Part shown: piece by piece, positions 1 through 12,400 of the stretch
Position numbering within the stretch: position 1 is the first letter of the stretch
Layout of the letters: each line of letters starts with the position of its first letter
Origin: Balanoglossus misakiensis
Taxonomy: Eukaryota; Animalia; Hemichordata
Length of the DNA: 64,000 bases
Direction: 5' to 3'
Assembly: GCA_040954595.2 (NCBI GenBank)
Contig: CM082596.2
Coordinates: forward strand, 3,527,025 to 3,591,024
Made by a program: the position numbers and the translations under genes
Notes under the pieces: model-generated
What the model saw: the letters and a program-made list of their open reading frames with translations, nothing else
Database searches by the model: none
Told to the model about the DNA's origin: nothing

Positions 1-24
1 TTTGCTCAGATGTGACATTGAGAA

Positions 25-175
25 TACACCCATTTCGTAAGTCTAGCGTTGAACCCAAAGCGAGGCCAATGGGGAAAATTGACCAATCACATCAAGGTTG
101 TTTACCCATTGGCCTCACTTTGAGTTCAAATTCATGATGGCTGTATTGGGGCGCTAGACTTATGAAAGGGGTGTA
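25..175. mobile_element. MITE-like palindromic element with TA flanks
   Basis: 24-48 is an inverted repeat of 152-176 (2 mismatches); 49-77 is an inverted repeat of 101-129; ends TA|CACCC...GGGTG|TA. Confidence 0.65.
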
Positions 176-233
176 TCACTGTACTTCCTACATGACAAAA
201 TCTTGAGAGTAAATGATGAAGAACTTGACTTAC

Positions 234-444
234 TTTTTGAGAACAGGCTGTACTTCAACAGAAAACCCACAGATCCTAGATCCCACTGAGTTGCTGGCCT
301 TACAGCTGTACTGCCCAGCGTCCTCTGGGAAGATCTCTTGGATGACCAGACAGTGGGTGTCTCCCTTAGTCACGTAACGAAAATCTTCACTGTCCTGGAT
401 CTTCCTGTCATTGCAATACCATGTCACAGTTGGTGGTGGGTTGC
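234..444 (-). CDS. exon: second half of I-set Ig domain
   Basis: CAG|GC AAC..; GNPPPTVTWY..DAGQYSCKASN; donor AA|GTAAGT overlaps a TAA. Confidence 0.85.
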
Positions 445-3400
445 CTGAGTGGGTAAAATTGATCAAATGTTAGATGACAGTTTCTGATGAAAACTTTCAA
501 TTCGGCATTACAAAAGGGAAGATTGTTTACCATCAGTTTTAGACTACTGGAATCAAAGTTTCCAACTTCTTTTTTTAAAATGTATACTATTACCATTAAA
601 GTTTATACATGTATGCAAAATAAAATCTGGCCAAAAGTAACAGACAATCAGACTTTAAACATTTGTCCTGAATAAGCTCAACAGTTTGCTTAGCTGTCTA
701 GACTTACCCGCGACTTCACATTCCAATGTAAGTGACTCTCCATCTTGGACAGTGTGTTGTTTGTCTGTTTTCTTGAGGAATTCCGGAGCTGATTCTTTGC
801 TGCCCTTTGACCCCGGTGGTTTCTTGCCACTTTCTGCACTGTCATCTTTTGAGCCACCAGACTGACCAGTTGTGTCATCAACAACTTCCTCGCCCTCACT
901 CAGACCTGAAGAATTAATATACAATCATTAACACAGGCTCATATATAGTGAAAAGATGTGTAACACCAATCTGTAATCGCCTAGACTTCAATTTGAAGAC
1001 AAACATAACCTGATGTACAAATTTCCTGCATAGTGCATAGCTGAGATATACTTACTTTCAACAAAGAGAGTTGCTTTACTGGAGACCGAACCTGCAGGAT
1101 TTTCAGCAGTGATAGAATATTCTCCACTATCTGAGGGCAGTGTTTCTGGGATTACTAATGAGCACAGGTCGTCATCTTCAAATAAAATCTTGTAGTTGCC
1201 GGAGTCACTTAGCTGTTTACCATCCTTGTACCTGGGAGAAATTGGATTGAAAAATAAACAATTCTATATTACAATGCAAGAGACTATCGATTTTGTCATA
1301 GAATTGTAGCTAAGTACAAAACTCAAAATGGTGTCCTACTATTAAAGTGAAGTCACATCTAAAGATGATCATCTTACCATTTGATTTCTGGGTCTGGTTC
1401 ACCTGTGATTCTACAGTCAAACCTAGCTGCGCTGCCTTCTAACACATCTAGATCTTTCAGTTTTTCAGTCACTGTTGGTTTTACGTAGGTCTCTGACTTG
1501 TCTGGTTCCCCACCTGCAAAATGCATCAATATTTCATAAATACATGAAAAAGTGATATGGTACTTTTTTCATGCTTTTCAATTAATAAACTTTAAAATTT
1601 AATGAACAAAAATGATATGCATATTTATTTGAAAACATAACATGATAATGAAAAATTATCAAAATTAAATAGTATGCAAGAATAGTGTCTACAGTGTGAC
1701 AAGTGCAATGTCAATGATATATAAAATGAAACTACATATATGATATTGTTACACTATTGCAACATTGTTACAATTGTTGCATGGATAGTGATTGGTTTAC
1801 ACAGCTTGGTTCTTGCTACATTGTTACCTTGTAACCTTCCCACCACGACATGTATACAACTCTAACCTTCAATTGTCACACTAGATTTGCATGTCACACT
1901 GCCAACTGAATTAGTAGCAGTGCAACTGTAAGTCCCAGAATCAAACACATCAGTGTCGTAAATTTCAAGATTGTAAACTCCGTTTTCTTCAAAGATTTCA
2001 TATTTTTCTCCTGTTTCGAGCTCTTCGCCTTCTTTGTACCACTTGATGGTTGGCAACGGATCACCCTTTACAGTGACACACAGTCTTGTAATACTGTCCA
2101 TGGCAACTGTTTTGTTTCGCAGTCTGAGAATAAACTCTGGTGGCTGTGTTTCTGATTTCTTCTCTGGTGACGCTTCCAGAGGAACTGGAATGGAGATTTT
2201 GCTGGCTAGCTTGCTAACATCACTTGTGGGTGCACTTGTTGCCTGAGTGTCTGTGAAATCTGAAATGTGACAAGAAGTACATCAGTTTATGGTGTAATGA
2301 ACTTCTCAGGTGGTTATTTGCATAGATGTTCAGTTTTCTGTCTTTTGAGTAAAAAACCTAAGTGGAATATTGTTGCAAATTACTTTGAAGATGGTGTTGA
2401 TGAAAACTTACCGTCAACAAACAGATCAGCTATTGAAGTGACTGTGCCTGCAGCATTGGTCACCTCACATGTGAATGTGCCGTCATGATCCTCTACAACT
2501 TCAGTGATGATCAGTGACAGCAAATTATCATCACCATATTCAAATCTGTACAGTTTACTTTCTGAAATCTCAGTGTCATCTTTGAACCACTTGACGTCTA
2601 TTTCAGTGGCGCTGTCAACTTGGCAGTCCAGCCTGGCAGCACTGCCCACACAAACATCCATGTCTTGTAGTTCTTGGGTGAATTTTGGCGGCCTGCTTTT
2701 GGCTTCTTGCTGGGATTTGTGCCCACGGAATGCAGCCTGGATCTTCCGGGCAGCCTCAGCAACTTCCGGGTCATCCAAATCAATGTCAACTGCTTCCTGC
2801 CTTTCAACCTGGCCTCGGAAAGCTGCCTGGATGCTGGTGGCTGTCTTTCCAAGCAATGCATCATCAGATTCTGAATCCTCTTCTACGGAAAGACAGAAAA
2901 ACTCAAAATTATCGCGTGAATGACAAGACAACAATTGCTACATGCACGAGAATACCATACCCTTTCACCCCATTTCCTTTTGTGGCAGTCCATCTTATCA
3001 TAGAAAATGATGAAGTTGGAGCAAACCATGGTGGTGAAAGGGTTAAAACATGTATACAGGTAGAAGCTGAAGAAAGTCTTGTTAGATCTCAGAGTGATGC
3101 AACCGCAAAAATAAAAGACAAAAATTGGCATTAGTTTTGGCATGCAGTCACTTACAACAAGAAAGAAAACAGTTAAACAAGCCTTTGCACTTCCATAAAC
3201 AGAAGTACACGTATTGACGTTGAAAAATTATTGGAGTAGCACCATTGTGAGAAAATGGAGGGTTTGAGGCTTATGAAAGTGAAAGTATGATATGAAGTGT
3301 AACACACATTTGAGAATCAAAGTATTAATCACAGGTTAATAAGCCAACAAAAAGCAGCAAATTGTTCTGCAAGAAAAACAAGCAAATTATTCTGGAACAA

Positions 3401-6400
3401 AAAACTCAGTGTTAATTTTTTAAAGAACTATTCCATTATGTATTTGACATTGTTAGAAAGATTCGATGATGTGCTTATAATGTAAATGAGAGCTCACCTG
3501 TGTTGTCCAGATTCTGGATGTTTTCGCCGGCTATAGTTGATGGGACGGGATTAGTATGGATGGATGTGTTAATTGCAATGCAGGGAGAGAAGCCAAGCAG
3601 TAGGGTGGGTGAATATTATGTTTTGTAGTGCACTTTGATAGACAGGCTTTGTGTGAGTCTGTGTGTGTGATGTGAAAATCATGAATTAAACATCTGTCTC
3701 CTAACCCAAAACATGCAATTCAATTGCAAAGCATCCAAATTGTCTGAAGCAAGTCTTTTTTTTATAGTGATACAATGCAATCTCAGAATGCTGAGTTACT
3801 TTTCGATATAAGCAAAACATTACATAAAAGGCATATTTGATATCATGCAGCCTGATGAAGAAAATCTGGGTGGCATATCAAGTTTTATCACAGAAAAGCA
3901 TGCAGTACCACGTTCATACTTAGATTTACAATGCAAACTTTACTCCTTTTGTCATTGTTAATATTGGGACAGTTTCTTGAGAACTTTTAAAGTATTCTAT
4001 AATCAACCCATTCAACATGCAAGAAGCAAGGCACATGCAGAGATTTAACAAAGATTACTAGGATTCTGTTTTTATCCAGCATTTTCCACAAGTAACCATG
4101 GAGCACTGATCAGAAGTCTATAGCTGGTTTCTTAGCCAGCTGTTTATTCAGTATTGAAACAACTGTTAAAACTTTTAAAGTTACATTGCTGAGAAAAGTA
4201 AAAGCTTAAATCAATTCTACTTGTTAATCAAGTTTCTACATCAAATCAAGAAATCCATTACAGATTTAAGTATTCTGCTAGGCTGTTTTGAAAGGCAAAC
4301 AGTAGCAAGGAACCAAGCTTTTGTAAAAACCTGCAACAAAAGTTGCTATTTTCTGACTTGCTTTTGTAAAAGCAATAATGTATATTATTTATAAAACTGA
4401 GGTAAATACTGTACTGTATTGACCTTGTATACACACTGTAGACCTCGGGGTAATAGTGACCTGGGCAATATCAATATAAGGACTTACCATCTACTTCAAG
4501 ATAAGCCACTGTTGTAGCTTCTCCAGCAGAGTTGGCAGCATTACACTTGTATTCGCCTGCATCTTCTGGGAAAGCTTCAGCTATAGTCAGAGTACATTGG
4601 TTGTTTTCAACTGTCATGTTGAAATACTTGGACTGCTTGATCAGTTTGTTGTCGAGATACCAGGTGACCTCTGGCTCGGGGGTACCAGTGACTTCACAGC
4701 TGAACACTGCTTTGTTGCCTTCTGTTACTCTCTGTGTAGTATAGATAGAAAATATGGTCAACAACTACCAGTTTACATGTACAAGAACCACCCATGCGAA
4801 GGTTGTTTCCTCATACAAGCTCAGACTTGCTGATTCACAATGTTTCCAACCATTTTAAGTTCTTTCCCGGTAAAGTTTATTTAAAAGATCAAAAGAGAAG
4901 TTTACCTGATTTTTAAGTTTCTTTGTAAATTCTGGTGCAACTGCTTCAACTCTCAACTCCTTTCCCTTTTCAGATTCCTTCAAGAGATGTCGGAAGTCGA
5001 GCTGTTCGATACCATCAACATCAGCTGTCATGGCACCGGGATCCAGTTTACTGAAATCAGGGAAAAAGAATGACGGTAAGAGACAGCACAATATTCCATG
5101 ATATTGACTCTCTTGCTGCAAGTTTAAATACTGGAGGTGCATTCTATGCAGAGTAAGGTTGTGTGCTTGCATCAGTCAAAGCATGCATGTCGTGCATTGT
5201 GTTATCTCCTTGCTGATGATGATAAATGCAACGTAAACTGAATGGCAACAGTTAGCACTCACTAAGTACTCCAAATGATGACACTCATTACTGGTGAAGG
5301 ACAGTACAATAAAACTTCAAAAATAATTGATTACTAATAAGCATGATTGAAAATTTGATTGGAAGTCATTCTCTACTCCATGTGATTTTGATTTGAGGGT
5401 AATATTTTTAATACACTGCAAACTAATTATTTGCATTATCTGCTTAGAGTTTTGATCTTTTACAAGGCTTTCTAGAAGTATGCTTATTTACAAAACAGTT
5501 CACTACTGAAATTGAAAAATAGCTGGTCAGAAATATGCAAAGAGCATAAGAAATGGAGCACAAATTAAAGTAAACTTTGACGCAAACTCTCAAAATTATA
5601 AAGTCAAAATCAAATTACTCCAATTCAAAACTTGTTTATGTTGTTTAATTCTGAACCCACTGCAAAAACCTGACAGTTTCAGTATGAGAAATCTTGAACT
5701 CATCTGAATATAAGAAAATGATTGGAACTGAATATTTACATCACAATATTAATTTGAAACTTGGGATGTCAGTGAAGTGAATTAAACTGTTCACAAACAA
5801 GTTTTGAGTAACTCTTTGCCTAAAACCAAACTAAAAACAAAGTAAATAGGTAGAAATCATAAGCTGCAACTAAAAAATTGATGAGGGCATTATAAAAGTG
5901 CAGTATTTAGGATAGTCCATTGCAGTGTTTTTTTTAATTGCAGTTTTTGTTTACGTGGGCTTAAAGAACACAGGTGGCTTTTACTATATTAGACAGAGGG
6001 TGGATCTAGCTTTGGCCAACCTGAGGGCAGTTTGAATTGCTGTGACTGGATGCTTTTCTTCTTCACTGTGGATAGAATACACACAGCCATCATCAGTGTC
6101 ATGATTGAAGCTATGTGACGATTTATGGGAGAGCTTCACATGTTATGCTTTGTTGGGTGTTACTGGTATTTCAGGGAAATATGAGATTACTGCAATGGTT
6201 AAAATCAGTTGGTTAGTTGTTTCTGTCTGTCTGAAATGAAATACATGTATTCCAGTTGTCATTGGCTAACAGACAGGTGCATGCTGGGAAATGGGTACTG
6301 TTTGACCAATCAGTGGGAGGCTTGCAACAGAAGTTCTCCCCCAACTGTGGCGGTGAAGGTGGTTGACGGTTATTGGCTTGGTGGTCAACATACAAGTATA

Positions 6401-9400
6401 GCCATACTTCAGTAATGGATGTGATTTGGTGAGGCACATTCCAAACACAGGCAGTCAGTCAGTCAAAAAAATATGTTCCAGTAAAGTTATAATGTACAAC
6501 ATAGATGCAAATTAATTCACAAATATAGTAGTTATACATCGTACAGGTGGGTATAGGAATGTACAAAGTCGTCTAAGGGAAGGTACACACACATATCTGT
6601 AAATAAAATTGATGGTTAAGTAAAGCACACTCCGACTTGGTCAGTTATCTCGAAAGCCTGCAGATGAATTTTAGGAGTCATTAATGATGGAATTGGAAAA
6701 CACTGCAAATATCTTACATTGTTACATGAGAAGTTGCACAAATCATGCGTAACTGATGAATTCTACCAATCTCCTATCAGCCATGTATCTTTTGTTAGTG
6801 TGTTGCAATCTTCTTCCTGGCAACATTGTCACAGATTACACTAATTGTTGTTACATTGTTACACTAATTGGACACAATGCCGGAGTTGTTACACTTCCTT
6901 CAAAAGAATGTGGGCTAATTGAACCCTTTGGTGATAGGAAAATCATCATTAGTTTAAATGTGCGGTCACTGCATGGAACTCTCCTTACACACATATTTTC
7001 ACACTATTGTGGAATCAAATGATAACTTGTCAGAAATCTCCCTGGAGTGCGAGCTATTTTGCTGTACAAAAGTCATCCTGGATCCCTTTGAAGATTAACA
7101 TTTGATACAACCTCATTTTCTTAAATGGTATAGTTGGACCAAATCCAAGAGATTGAAAACTTTGGAAATGAAGTGCCTAGGAACTTTTGAACTTTTTTTC
7201 AGACCAAATTTGTTTTTCAAGAAATTTGCAGTGTACATATGGGTAGAGAGAGAGAACCACGGAATTGTAAGCTAGGTGAAAACAAATGTAAAGAACATGC
7301 TTGATTAAATATTCATGCAACATTCATTTGCACTGATCGCAGTGTTGCCAACCTTTCATCAATGTCATGTGCCTCATCGGATGGTTTGTCTGTTGTTTCC
7401 TGTACAGTTTCATCACTGTGGAAAAATGGTAGATCGAGGGAGATGACTTAGACACAACAGTGGTGTTCCTTTATCACATTGCAAGATGCTGTTCAATCTA
7501 TGACCGTTGTTGTACCTCAGTACAGGTACATACATTGTATACATGTAAAATGTCCTGTAACTGAACCAGAACATTTGTTCGATTCGCAAACTACGGCAGT
7601 TGAAAACATCCAAGAGATCGTGACTCATTCTGTGAAATATCCATTCAATAGTGTCTATCCATGCAGTTTGATATGTGTATGTGAACTTGTGATGGTACAA
7701 TGCTTTGAAAGGACCAGTAGGACCCTGCGGAAAGAAATTGATTAATGTTTGCCTTGTAGTACAGTAACTTTGCCATGGCCTGATGATAGCACTTATCGTC
7801 TGGTACTCACATCATCGATAAGCTAATCACAGTATCTCTTCAACACCTACACAAAATGGCAGAAGCTTTAATCCCCTTCCTGAATTTCAATACATGCCGG
7901 AGTTTGCAATCATAAAACAGATACTGATAGACATTCATGATCATGTGCAAACTTTGTCTCAGGTTTAGCGAGAAATGACTGATGTGAATTCATCAGTGAT
8001 TCTCTAGTGATATTAAAGAGATACTGATATAATGTACCATTTGATGAAAAGTACTTATTTTCAGTTCTACGGAATCAACTCAACACCTACCTGGCTTTCA
8101 GAATCTCAGTAACTTTGGCAGTGTCTACTTCTTCCTGTTTGACTGTCAGTTCAAATTCACACTGGACTTTTCCCAGGCTGTTTGCTGCGGTGAACAAATA
8201 GGTGCCTGAGTCTGGTGACAAGGCAACTGGGATTTCAAAAGTGTGAACAAACTCTGTACTCTTCAGTTTGGTGCGTCCGCTGTCTTGGACTTCCTGTCCA
8301 TCTTTGCTCCATTGAACTGCAACGATTCAGAAAGTATTTCTCAGTTATTTTGAAACTTGGCAAGATGAGAGATTATTAAACACATATTTAGTTATCATTA
8401 CACTCATATTTACCAGCGGGGACGGGTTCACCATCTACTTCAGCTGTAAATGTCGCAGATTGGCCTTCTTCAACTGTGAGGGACTTGGGTTTTTTGATAA
8501 ACTCTGGAGGGAAGACATCTTCATCTGTTTCAACTTTACTTTCCACTGGCTTGTCATCTTTTGGTTCTGTTGACAAGAAAAGTTGTGATGAGAATGGATC
8601 GCAACAACAATAGAAAACAGAACATTTGATACAAACCTTATTCAAATATGGTGATCTGTTATTTGATTGGTTGAGCCCACGATTACTAACTCATTTGAAT
8701 ATGATGGTCTGACATCTGATTGGTTGAGGCCAGGACTGCTACTGTCACTGCTGTTCATATCTACAAATAGCAGAGCTGAAGATTTTTCACGTGGCAAGAA
8801 ACATGAAAGCAAATATACTGCTGAGAAAAACATTGATGTGCAGTTTTTATTTTTGAAGAACATCTAGCAGATAGTTTTGGGTACTTTTTTAAAAAGAGAA
8901 AATGAAATTGACAACAAAAGACATGTGACCAAAGTTCTTAAAAGTTGCGTGTCTTTTTCACAAAGAAAGCAGAATCTGTCACTATGCAGTCATCTACACT
9001 GTAGCCTTGTGTCTATTTTTGCTGTGCCATATTTGAATAAAGTTGAGTCAAATCAGGATATTTAGTATTATGAGGAAAGTAAAGCAGTTAGTTGCAGCAA
9101 AATTCCCTACAAGAATGTATGTCATTGTTTATACATACATATAAGGAATATAAGGAATTTCTAAATTGAGCCAAGTTCCTACAATTGTATTTTACCCATA
9201 ATGCACTGCAAAGAATTTGTCCACTTTACTATATAAACAAATAAATGAAATAAAAACAAAAAAGCAACAAGCTTATAACCATTTATGAACCATGATTTCA
9301 CAACTATTGAGCGATTGCAGGAATATTGGGATAGGTTTGGAAAAGGAATACAGTATAGTGGAGAAGTGAATCATTATTTGATCTTATAATATAAAAGGAA

Positions 9401-12400
9401 AGAGTACAGGCAATAGTCTAGCTCCAGGAATTAGGCAGTGTTACATGACACACTGTCTAATTCCAGTGCTAGAGGGCAGTGTTGACTTTTCTACTGACCA
9501 ATGACAGTAACAGTGGCAGAAGTTTCAGCCTCTCCAAAGTCATTCAGGGCCTCACAAGTGTAATTGCCAGCGTCATCAGGGAACACCTCAGCTATGACCA
9601 GCTGATAGGTGTTGCCTTTCTGGACATAGCGGAAGTCCTCACTGTCTTCCACATCTTGATTGTTACGTAGCCAACCAATGTCCATGGGTTGAGCTCCTGA
9701 TTTACGAAATGATGTGAGAGAACGCAAAAAAAAAATACATGCACAAATAAAGTGAGTTAACCGTGCCTGGTTAGGAAAAAAATAATCACACTTGTAATTT
9801 TATCACTCCATTTTGAAGTCACACAAAATTGTCATGTGAAAATGGTTCACACATAAATTTTCAAAATTAGTGATACTTGTAAGTTGTATTGTTGTCAGTG
9901 ATGAAATGTTACTGAATAGTACAAATTTATAACATAAATTCCTTCCAGTCAAGAAAAAGAAACCTACGACTTGTTACCTTAAGTTTACAAAACTAAAAGA
10001 ATAATGTCAAATATGAATGAAATGTGAACAGTGGTATTAGAGAAAAACGTTGACCACACTGTGAGAAATGTGAATTTTACTATGACCTCTCACCTTTGAT
10101 TTCAACTTCCAACACGAGTTTGTCTCCATCATTAACTGAGATGTATTCCAGTTTCTTAGTGAAGACTGGTTCACCATCACCCTGTGTGTCATCAAGATCA
10201 ATAGAGGCCTTGATCTTCTCTGATGTGTCTTCAACAGCTGTCTTTCTTTCATCAGGTTGGTCTTTCTTGTCGGTCGTTTTTGCAGGTTCCTCTGGTTTTG
10301 CAGTTTCTGTAGGCACGGCTGCTTCTGTAGCTGTCGCGGATACCTTTTCCAGTACCTCCTCAGCCACTTTAGTTTCCGCCTTCTTCCTGGCAGAATGTCC
10401 ACGGAAAGTTGCCTGAATCTTGGTCGCTGCTTTGGCCACTTCAGGATCATCCAAATCGATGTCCACCTCCTCTTCTTCGGATGGTTTGCTCGCCTGAGAT
10501 GGTGGTGCTACTTCAGTCTTGATGACTTCTTCTTTCTTATCTTTCACATCCATCCTGGCTTTGTGTCCTCTGAAGGTGGCTTGGATTTTCGTTGCAGCTT
10601 TTGAGACCTCTGGATCATCCAAATCGATATCGATCTCTTCTTCGGCTGGTTTGCTTGCCTGAGATGGTGGTGCTATTTCTTTCTTATCTTTCGTATCCTT
10701 CCTGGCTTTGTGTCCTCTGAAAGTGGCTTGGATTTTCGTGGCAGCTTTGGAGACCTCTGGATCATCCAGATCAATATCGATCTCTTCTTCCTCAGCTTTC
10801 ACAACTTCCTTCTTGCTCTTTTCAACTGATTTGAACTCGTACTGCTGATCACTTGTCCTCAGGTAACTACTCTCTTCTTTCAATTCCTTTCTCCTGGAAA
10901 CGCTTGTTTTCTTTTCGCGAGATTTGTAGCTGAGGCTTGTTTGTTCCTCTTCATCAAAGGAATGCCTGGCCGATCTTCTGCTTGTTTTCAGCTCAGTGTC
11001 AGAAAGCTTGCTTCGTCTCTTGTGTTTTCCATGTGTGGAGTCATCATCTTCTCCTTCTGACTCAACATCAGCTTCAACTGAACAGAAAGATACAAATGTA
11101 CCTGTTAGGCTCTGCCCTGTAAAAGCTCCCTCTCTCCTTCGAGTCGCATTCCACCTGTGACCATGCAAATGGTTGCAGACAGAATTTTTAAACAGCTCTG
11201 AGACATGGACACAATCATAATGACCTAAAACATAATCTAATAATACCTGCAACTTTTCACAATACTAGTATATCGTGAAGGAACAGCTTATTTGGAATTC
11301 TAACAAACACTTGACAAGGTTTTATGCTCTGTTTTTATCAACTACAAGTGCATCAAGGGTCCTTGTACTCCTCAATCCAGCTACTTTTATAACCACTACC
11401 CTCAAGTTTACAAGGTCATATGCCATAGGGTTGTAATAAAGTTACAAGAGTTATACTGCTTTTGCTCCACCATACATTCTGCAAATTTCCATCGTGAACA
11501 AATTTATGCTTACCTTCGGTGATGATCAGTTCAGCTACACAGGAAACTTTTCCGGCTGCACTGCTGGCATTGAGTTTGTATATTCCGGCGTCTTCTTGAG
11601 TGACTTCCCTGATGACCAGTGTCTGTCTGCTGCCATCTCGCTTCTCTACTTTGATGTGTTCACTTTCTACAATTTCAATGTCATCTTTGAACCTGGAATT
11701 GGGGAAAAATGGAAGTGTAAAAAAGGTTTAATATATTCCTCAATACCTCAGCAGTAAAAAATATAATTTTTGGAAACTTTGAGACAATTTGGCGAACTGG
11801 AAAAACTTCTTTTGTGTCAGCCCTATACTATTACATTATATAACAGGGTAAATCACTTACCACTGAGTGACTGGTTTTGGAGTGCCACCGACAGTAACAT
11901 CAAAGTATGCATCCTGTCCCTCTGAAACTTTCTGTGTCCTTGGTGGGTTGGGGAACGATGGTCTCACGTAGTTGTATGTCTCATCTGGTTCAACCACTGC
12001 AGGATTACACAAGAATTTAGTGGTTAAAAATTATGTGAAACAATTGACTGAAGGATATACATTATTTCCAAAAGATCCATATCATGCCTGCTACTACCCA
12101 TAATCCATTGCACAGGACAACAGTGAAAATGTCATTTGTGTTTCCATAGCTACCAAACAGAATGAGAATCAGGGTTATGTGCTTCGGTGAGTTTGCCCAC
12201 ATCAAATAGTGCTTTTTAATTTACGCTAGTGCACACACAAACTCAGTGCAGTTCAGTCCAGCAGACTAGAGGTATTTAACTTGGCCCACAGTTTAACCAC
12301 AGGTAAACTTTTCTTTTGTAGGAATCACAAAAGATCTGGCTAACATAAAAGCTTACTGCTGATGCTGTCACTTCACAAAATTTGTTGAGTGAGCATGCCA

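Noticed and set aside
6617-6657. Acceptor-like CTGCAG followed by short reading frames
   Set aside because: The required phase-2 frame stops after three codons and there is no convincing donor
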